This document shows positions 57,476 to 64,000 of a stretch of 64,000 nucleotides of DNA, piece after piece. The number at the start of each line of letters is the position of its first letter. The stretch's first letter is position 1. Below the pieces are notes generated by a model. That model was not told the DNA's origin. It was given only the letters and a program-made list of their open reading frames with translations, and did not search any database. A program made the translations under genes and the position numbers. This stretch comes from Euryarchaeota archaeon UBA487 (GTDB lineage: Archaea; Thermoplasmatota; Poseidoniia; Poseidoniales; Thalassarchaeaceae). Location: the NCBI GenBank assembly GCA_002505695.1, contig DAVU01000020.1, forward strand, positions 97,107-161,106. Direction: 5' to 3'.

Positions 57476-58241
57476 CCCCTGGGTTGTGAACAATCGCGAC
57501 TCGAGTGGGTCTCTTGTGGAATTGTGATTTTGTAGAGGTGATTATCGCCATGCCGAGTAGTATAAACAAAGGCCCAATGAAAACGCCGCCTCTACTCCAG
57601 AGTCCGAGAAATGCAAAAAATTGAGTTCTGCGATACGCTTTACCCTGATATGCAGATATAGACGCTGAGATTCCGGCCAATCCAGTTAACATGGTGCCCA
57701 GGGCGATTGCGGTTCCCAGTAAGGCTGAATCATCCAAATGGCTATCTCCCCTCAGATCGATGACATTTGCCTCCCCTTGCCCTCTCTCCATTGAGATAAC
57801 TAACTGAGAGGAGTCTCCGGGAACTATTAGGCGATGCTCGGATACTCTGCCTTGGACATCAACCTCCAAACGAAGTTCCACCCTAGAAACACCCTCGAAG
57901 GAAAATCTGCCGGCAGAATTGGAGAATATAGGTCCTGCAAGAAGATCGCCTTCTAATGTGTATAAGGTCAATGTCGCGTTGTCTATGGGCTCACCACCCG
58001 ATGTCTCGCTTTCCAATGACTCGATTACCATGCCGTCCACATCCGCTGTATTGGCAGAAGTTCTCTGGCCATCCAGAAGATCGGTTGGATTGACGGCTAT
58101 CAACAAAAATCCAAGGGCTACTCCAAGACAAGACCCGATCCCGATTAGGAAAGCTCCTGCCTTTCGAGCACTTGGATCATTTCGCAACTGGCCGCGCCAC
58201 TCCAAGGCCCCTTCTCTCAGCGCGTCTCGGACCATGCTCAT
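57465..58241 (-). CDS. Membrane protein with carboxypeptidase-regulatory-like (transthyretin-fold) domain
   Basis: N-terminal TM, G.V......GEPIDNATLTL...SNSAGRFSF pattern, C-terminal TMs. Confidence 0.7.
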   Translation of the reverse strand: MSMVRDALREGALEWRGQLRNDPSARKAGAFLIGIGSCLGVALGFLLIAVNPTDLLDGQRTSANTADVDGMVIESLESETSGGEPIDNATLTLYTLEGDLLAGPIFSNSAGRFSFEGVSRVELRLEVDVQGRVSEHRLIVPGDSSQLVISMERGQGEANVIDLRGDSHLDDSALLGTAIALGTMLTGLAGISASISAYQGKAYRRTQFFAFLGLWSRGGVFIGPLFILLGMAIITSTKSQFHKRPTRVAIVHNPGDVD

Positions 58242-59155
58242 CCCTCGTCGTTGTCGATGATTAAGTCTGATGGAGATAATTTGGAGTGGATCCCCATGCC
58301 AACTATGAATGAAAATATTGTGATTAGAATTATGCCTCCGACAAGGGTTGGTGTTTCATTCAGCGAGTTTTCCGTATTTTCCGGTGCATTCCCGCCCTCA
58401 GAAAATGAGACTAAGTGCATGTATGTCCAATTCTTCCCGGTGATCCAATATCCCTCGCTATCTTCGTCCCATGCAATGCCATTCATGACTTCATTCCGGT
58501 CCCCAGAAGTACCCGATGGGAGCGCCGATAGGTCTATGCTGGAAAGAACTTCTCCGCTGGATGCTGAGATGATATGGACGAAGGGTGTCATCCACTGATT
58601 TGCCAAGATGTGGTTTCCATGGCATTCTAACTCATTCAAATTCCAGATTTCGTCCTCTTCTCCCACGACAAGACTCCCAATAGGATCCAGCGTTTCCGGG
58701 TCCCTGACAGAAAGTACGTTAGTGCCGTTGGATATGAATAGACGGTCGTCAAAAGAGCAGATGCCCCATCCTTCCCCTTCAAGAGAATGTTCATCGACTT
58801 GAGTAAAGTTATCTTTTTCGAACTCGAAGATAACACCGGATTTCCACGTTAGAACCAATATGGTTTGCCCTGTCACTGTGAGGCCCTCCCCGAAAACCGT
58901 CGACGGCAGGTCTACAGATCTGATCAATGATCCATTTGTTTTTGATATCTCCCTGAGTTGAGAGTACCCATACAGCCCTGTTGATTCGTACATGATACCC
59001 TCATCAATTTCGAGCCCTTGCGTAAAGGCTTGAGGATCATGATCAATACTCTTTATCAGATCATATGTGAATGACTTTGATGCCATGGAAGAAGAAAGGG
59101 GAAGAGTCACGCTGCAGACAACCAAGGCAATGACGGTCAGTCGCATAGTTGCCAT
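58238..59155 (-). CDS. Glutaminyl-peptide cyclotransferase (type I, beta-propeller), secreted and C-terminally anchored
   Basis: FTQGL, ESTGLYG, FGEG, LTWK, EGWG, LNELE, VMNGIA, TGKNW; signal peptide and C-terminal TM. Confidence 0.92.
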   Translation of the reverse strand: MATMRLTVIALVVCSVTLPLSSSMASKSFTYDLIKSIDHDPQAFTQGLEIDEGIMYESTGLYGYSQLREISKTNGSLIRSVDLPSTVFGEGLTVTGQTILVLTWKSGVIFEFEKDNFTQVDEHSLEGEGWGICSFDDRLFISNGTNVLSVRDPETLDPIGSLVVGEEDEIWNLNELECHGNHILANQWMTPFVHIISASSGEVLSSIDLSALPSGTSGDRNEVMNGIAWDEDSEGYWITGKNWTYMHLVSFSEGGNAPENTENSLNETPTLVGGIILITIFSFIVGMGIHSKLSPSDLIIDNDEG

Positions 59156-59231
59156 GACGTACGAACGACGCTCCATCGATGTTAAAAGTCGTCTCTGAAG
59201 GCTACAATCTAAACCAAGGGGGAACAAGACG

Positions 59232-62200
59232 GTGTTGGGATACTGGTCAGGGCGCCATTCATCGCTCTTATTGGTGATCCTGCTACTTTCCTCGACGGTC
59301 ATATCTCCCTTATCCACTGCGGATGAAGGCACAACATTCGATGAACCTCCACCAGAAGTAGAGAGTTCCGAACAAATCAGATCATATCCAGGCACGGACA
59401 ATGAAGTGTCTTCTGGCTATGTTCAATTAAAGTTAGATTGGATCAACGACGGTTTCCCTGGAAGGGTCGATGCCCTCCAGATTACTCAGTCGAGAACAGC
59501 AGCTAAATCGTGTTCAAATGCATACCAAGAGGGTGATTCAGTCACCGTTAATCAAGGAAGTGATTCAACGCAGGCGACTGTCGCCAAGTTAGGATCTGGA
59601 ATAGCCGTCTTGGTGGAAGTGGGCGTTTCAATACCTCTTACTACGCTCAATGATATTGCAACTACCTGGGACAACACTATAGAACCTACAGTTACAAATT
59701 ACTTTGGCTCCATACCTGACATTGACGACACCTGCACAGTCGAGTTGCTGATACTTGCGATCGACGGCGGGGGCGGCATTGGCGGATATTTCAATCCGGG
59801 ATTGTCCTCCTCTCGAGAGATCATATTCATGGATTCTGACGACTTGTCTTGGAGGAACACAATAATTTCTCATGAGTTCGCACACTTACTTCACTCTGCA
59901 AGAGACCCTGGCGAATACCTGTGGATAGACGAAGGTGCCGCAGATATGGCTTCGTACCTGACATTCGGCTTGACAAACACATTAACCGGCCATGCAAATA
60001 GTTGGACTGAGTCGTCAAACCTATCTGTAAGGTGGTGGAATCAGAGAATCGGCGATTATGGAGCAGGCTTTCTCATGATGCTCTATGTTGTGGATGCTAT
60101 GGGTGGCCCAACCGCATTCCAACGGTTGATTGCTGACACCGCAAAGGGAGCGCAAGGCATAGTGAACTTGGCCTTGAATCCTGAGCCGAGCGCGACGCCA
60201 ATTGGCACCACATTTTCTGATATTTTTGCCAATTTCTCGGCAGCTGCGACATTAGACAGCAACCAACTAGGATTGGGTTTCAGTAATATAGACCTCGCAT
60301 TTGGTTGCTCTACGACTGTCTGTAGGGTGCAATACAGTGGCTTCAACGACACATGGTCTCAGATGGCCACAAGTGGGGTCCAAGAAATAGAAGGCTGGGG
60401 AATTCGCGCATATAGATACACAGGCGGCACCGGTGCCCAACTTAGCATCAGGGTTCAACCATCAGAATCTGGGTTCAGAGGATCACTACTGGAAAGAGAC
60501 TCATCGACCGGGACTTGGTCGATTTCTGAGATGGTAGTCGATCCTGCTACATCAGACTTACTTGCATTGGTAGACTCCTTCGGTGGCGAAACAGATGACG
60601 TCTGGGTTATCGTGAGGTTTGAAAGCGCCATTGGGGACTGTGATTACTCGTACTCCAGCTGTGGCCCTCTCCCTCCCGAGGGGTACCCAGTTGCCTCTGT
60701 GGAGGTTTTCGCCCAGCTTGTCACTGATCCTGCAGAAATTTCGATTTCTGACTATTCCACCTTTGATCGTGACGCGGATGGGATCGATGACTCGGTAGAG
60801 ATGAGCTATCAGGTACTTTCCCAAGCCTTCTATGAAAGGGTCAGCGTCCAGATCGAGGCTGTTGGGGTCGATGGGGGGGTAATATCCACGATGTCGAACA
60901 ATATGATCGTGGGTAACAGCGTGCCCGTAGAAGCCAAGTTTTGGTTCACCCCCCCAACCGATGGTGACTGGACCTTCAGATTGAGCCTACTGAATACTGA
61001 AGGCTTGGAAGTAGATCAGAGCATTGGTTTCATCCCTGCCTTGGGGAATTTGAGGCCATCCGCTCTCGGATCGTCTTCGACAGATAACACACAGCCCTAC
61101 CTCCAGATTGCTTTCTTCGGTTCTGGACTTGACAATTGGGGGATTGGCCTCCAGAATGAGACTTACTCCAACAGTGAAGCCCCCTCTGGATATTCATGGG
61201 ATTTCGGTGACGGCTCCACATCATCACTGAAGAACCCTTACCACGCATATTCGCAGAATGGAAACTACACCGTGACTCTGGTCGTTATCGACCAAGGGGG
61301 GTCAAGTTCGGAATTTGTTACATGGGACATTTTTGTCAATGATTCTACTGATCCAGTTCCTGCAATATCAATCGAAGGACTGGCTATCGAAGGTGGAATA
61401 TCTCTACTCACGGGACAGAGGGTTGCCTTCTCATCTAGACTGACTCAAGACAATATCCCACTCGATTTGCTTTGGTTCCAATGGGACTGGGGTGATGGTG
61501 TTGTGGAGTCTGGTTTTGGCCTGACTGAGGTGAGTCACGCCTGGAATGATGGGGATTCCGACGGAACTGTCTACACTCTGGCACTGACCGTTGATGATGG
61601 AATACACAGAGTTACTTCTGATTACCTGATTACGGTGATGAATAGGCCTCCATCAGTGATACTCTCGCAGCCTCTTCAGACATTTACCCTAACTCCTCTG
61701 ATCTTGCCTGACGTATTCGAGGATGTTGATGGGGCTATTGTTTCTTGGACTTGGGATTTTGAGATCGGTCAAGAGGGCGATGGTGTGAATGTTGGAGGGA
61801 CCTCACTGTCTCTAGGCTCTGATTTCACCCAGACAAGTTCCGACCTAAGGAACCCTCGTGTTGCTTGGAAGACTCCTGGCATTCGAAACGTAACCTTGGA
61901 AGTTGAAGATAATGATGGAAATAGATCCTCACATACATTCTACGTTATGGTTCTCAACCAGAGGCCCCTTGCTGTCATGCCAAGGCCGGTTGATGGAGAA
62001 TCTGGCCAGCAATACGTGTTCGATGCAAGTGCAAGTTACGACCCCGACGGCTTGGTGTCTGATTTAACATACAGATGGGACATCGACGGTGAAATAATCG
62101 AGAATATCTCAACTATCTTCTACTCATTCGAGGAGCCAGGCACTTACTCAATTTCTTTGAGGGTGTTTGATGGCAACGACGAGCCATCTGGGCTCAAGAC

Positions 62201-63320
62201 CTACACAATCGAAATCAGCAACCCACAACCCATCCCAGAGATTGAAGCACGCATAGCGACTGACGGGGATGCTCCAATCACCGGCATGCTAGAGCCAAGT
62301 GATCCCAGCATAACCTGGATGGTACCACACATATCAGACGGAGGGATATTTCTCGCACCCAATCAGCCACTTTACTTGGACGGCACCAAGAGCAGAGACG
62401 GAGACGTCGAATATCTGAATGGCAGCTCAACAAATCCAGAATCAGAGGATTGGACTGGCATTGTCGCTTGGTACTGGGACTTTGGCGACGGCAGCCCGAT
62501 AGTGGAAAGTGAGTCCATCTGGCATTCTTGGTCTCAGCCTGGTGCTTATAGCGTCACATTGACCGTCAGAGATGGGTACCTCACCGGAGATGTACAAAGC
62601 ACCACCATTGAGATACTAGTGTCCGAGCCACCCGTCATTCCTACCCAGAGCATTGTCAACACAGACCAGATAACGGAGGGGGATGTAATCGAAATATCCG
62701 CAGACTTCTACGACCCAGACATAGAGTCGGGAGTTGAGGCGTGGTTGGACAAGGATGCCTTTGTAGATAGCGACTTGGATGGCCTCGATTGGAACGATAG
62801 ACAGTGGCTATTGACTGGGGAGCTTGAAGTCTACTGGGACACTGACATCCTGATCGACCTAGACGAGGATGGGGATCCAGCAAACGATTTCGACTGGGAT
62901 GAAGGCGTCTGGTCCGAAGTGGGAGAGAGGCAGGTTCTGTTGAGGGTATGCGATGGCGTCGGAATTTGCACAGAGAGGGTGTTCGTTGTCACGGTCTACA
63001 GTGGCGAGGTGACTACGGATCCGAAATCACTCGGTGAGCTAACTATCGATGATCTGCGTCCCTCCGAAGAAAACCTCGGAATTCTAGCACTTGTGGCTCT
63101 TCTCGCCACACTCTGGTGGATGATACTTCGTCAGAAGGATGAAGAAGAGGCTGAGGCTGAAGAGTTTGATCAGACCTTCGATGTTCCAGAGGTCGAACGT
63201 GAGGGCGGCCTCCAAGGGATGGACCAGCATGTCGCACCTCCGCAGCCGAAATACTTGACATTGGAAGATAGGCGTGACGAGGATTCAGGATACATTAGGC
63301 CAGTAAGGTCTAGGAAGTGA
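59232..63320 (+). CDS. Surface zinc metalloprotease (M30/hyicolysin-like) with PKD repeats and C-terminal TM
   Basis: GGYF, HEFAHLLH...WIDEGAA gluzincin motif; WDFGDG/WDWGDG PKD repeats; TM LGILALVALLATLWWMIL. Confidence 0.85.
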   Translation: MLGYWSGRHSSLLLVILLLSSTVISPLSTADEGTTFDEPPPEVESSEQIRSYPGTDNEVSSGYVQLKLDWINDGFPGRVDALQITQSRTAAKSCSNAYQEGDSVTVNQGSDSTQATVAKLGSGIAVLVEVGVSIPLTTLNDIATTWDNTIEPTVTNYFGSIPDIDDTCTVELLILAIDGGGGIGGYFNPGLSSSREIIFMDSDDLSWRNTIISHEFAHLLHSARDPGEYLWIDEGAADMASYLTFGLTNTLTGHANSWTESSNLSVRWWNQRIGDYGAGFLMMLYVVDAMGGPTAFQRLIADTAKGAQGIVNLALNPEPSATPIGTTFSDIFANFSAAATLDSNQLGLGFSNIDLAFGCSTTVCRVQYSGFNDTWSQMATSGVQEIEGWGIRAYRYTGGTGAQLSIRVQPSESGFRGSLLERDSSTGTWSISEMVVDPATSDLLALVDSFGGETDDVWVIVRFESAIGDCDYSYSSCGPLPPEGYPVASVEVFAQLVTDPAEISISDYSTFDRDADGIDDSVEMSYQVLSQAFYERVSVQIEAVGVDGGVISTMSNNMIVGNSVPVEAKFWFTPPTDGDWTFRLSLLNTEGLEVDQSIGFIPALGNLRPSALGSSSTDNTQPYLQIAFFGSGLDNWGIGLQNETYSNSEAPSGYSWDFGDGSTSSLKNPYHAYSQNGNYTVTLVVIDQGGSSSEFVTWDIFVNDSTDPVPAISIEGLAIEGGISLLTGQRVAFSSRLTQDNIPLDLLWFQWDWGDGVVESGFGLTEVSHAWNDGDSDGTVYTLALTVDDGIHRVTSDYLITVMNRPPSVILSQPLQTFTLTPLILPDVFEDVDGAIVSWTWDFEIGQEGDGVNVGGTSLSLGSDFTQTSSDLRNPRVAWKTPGIRNVTLEVEDNDGNRSSHTFYVMVLNQRPLAVMPRPVDGESGQQYVFDASASYDPDGLVSDLTYRWDIDGEIIENISTIFYSFEEPGTYSISLRVFDGNDEPSGLKTYTIEISNPQPIPEIEARIATDGDAPITGMLEPSDPSITWMVPHISDGGIFLAPNQPLYLDGTKSRDGDVEYLNGSSTNPESEDWTGIVAWYWDFGDGSPIVESESIWHSWSQPGAYSVTLTVRDGYLTGDVQSTTIEILVSEPPVIPTQSIVNTDQITEGDVIEISADFYDPDIESGVEAWLDKDAFVDSDLDGLDWNDRQWLLTGELEVYWDTDILIDLDEDGDPANDFDWDEGVWSEVGERQVLLRVCDGVGICTERVFVVTVYSGEVTTDPKSLGELTIDDLRPSEENLGILALVALLATLWWMILRQKDEEEAEAEEFDQTFDVPEVEREGGLQGMDQHVAPPQPKYLTLEDRRDEDSGYIRPVRSRK

Positions 63321-63324
63321 TTAA

Positions 63325-64000
63325 TTGAGGTCGAAAGCCGTCGCGTTTCTAATCGCGATGACGGCTGCCATTAACATCCCTGTGATGCAAACATCGGCCC
63401 AACAATCCTCATGCTCCGTCGGGGCAGATGTGGGGCTCAACTCTTCTCAGGTTGACTTAATTCCCGCGGGTGGATTTGGTTTCTTTGACGATGATTTTTT
63501 TGACGTGTATGATGACGGCGTGTACAACACCAACTACGATTTGGAATCATTGACAGAGGACCAATATGCAGAGGTCCTCATTCCATCTGACGATGCAATA
63601 GCACTGAGGTTGGACCTTGTCAAGGGGTACAGATATCGATTTTGTGTGACATATTACAACGACCCGACTGAAGAGGTGGTTCCCGGGCCCCCGGTTGGGG
63701 ATGTTTACCTACTTGCCAGTGGTGATTTTGACATATACAGAACTGATTATGACACGAGGATGGAGACATGGTGGTCAGAGGGCTTGGAACAGATACCCCT
63801 TGAGTGGAGGGACATGGCCACCTGGCTTCCCTTCAGGGATGTACACGCATATGAAAGCATACAACAAACCGAGTTTACGACTTCCATAGACTCCGAGCAA
63901 GAGGCTTTCATAGACTGGTTTGGGAATGATCCCGAGAATTACATGTACCTCGTACTCGACAATTGGAACTCATCCCGACCAGGCAGTCAATCCCAAGCGG
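63325..64000 (+). CDS. Secreted hypothetical protein (3' partial, not in ORF track)
   Basis: Frame from TTG 63325 stays open to the window end: MRSKAVAFLIAMTAAINIPVMQTSAQQSSCSVG...GYRYRFCV...GDVYLL...YLVLDNW. Confidence 0.75.
   Translation, partial: MRSKAVAFLIAMTAAINIPVMQTSAQQSSCSVGADVGLNSSQVDLIPAGGFGFFDDDFFDVYDDGVYNTNYDLESLTEDQYAEVLIPSDDAIALRLDLVKGYRYRFCVTYYNDPTEEVVPGPPVGDVYLLASGDFDIYRTDYDTRMETWWSEGLEQIPLEWRDMATWLPFRDVHAYESIQQTEFTTSIDSEQEAFIDWFGNDPENYMYLVLDNWNSSRPGSQSQA

Noticed and set aside
59156-59401. N-terminal 82 aa of the 387-aa QC ORF
   Set aside because: Overlaps the divergent PKD gene; the signal peptide begins at about 59155/59146.
1-64000. CRISPR arrays, IS elements, integrases, rRNA, tandem DNA repeats
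   Set aside because: None seen by eye; the repeats present are protein-level (FG-GAP, PKD, CARDB). A self dot-plot would be needed to exclude short dispersed repeats.

Overview
Gene-dense archaeal chromosomal segment. Gene content points to a Marine Group II euryarchaeote (Poseidoniales); this is an inference from the archaeal aroA'/aroB'/GHMP shikimate kinase genes, a Gar1-like gene, bacterial-type gpsA, an FeS photolyase and very large acidic surface proteases/adhesins. Contents from left to right: the 3' end of a 4-hydroxybenzoyl-CoA-reductase-like (HcrA/HcrB) Mo-flavo-FeS enzyme, a DUF4350-MoxR-DUF58 operon, an aro cluster, xth, a MacB/LolCDE-type ABC pair, a split PF06695 (DedA-superfamily) protein, tRNA-Leu(TAG), gpsA, phnCE, a Gar1-zinc-finger fusion, a ~2150-aa FG-GAP surface protein, acnA, a TPR-TM-cyclophilin, korAB, tRNA-Gln(CTG), GYD/AKR/Fluc/photolyase, NUDIX-MBL, LemA, a 1527-aa S8 protease, Maf, nfu-sufCBD, tmk with a wHTH extension, glutaminyl cyclase and a PKD metalloprotease. 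I saw no CRISPR array, integrase, transposase or rRNA. Best leads: (i) a 45-codon, 7-Cys microprotein absent from the ORF track directly after sufD; (ii) HcrAB-like genes plus Thauera-type KorAB in an apparently photic-zone aerobe; (iii) a membrane-anchored glutaminyl cyclase together with secreted proteins predicted to start with Gln (possible archaeal 'Q-rule'); (iv) giant surface enzymes with cytoplasmic effector-like tails; (v) unusual fusions (membrane Smr-like, split DedA-like, Gar1-RanBP2 finger, Tmk-wHTH). All assignments come from motif recognition by eye; no searches were run.
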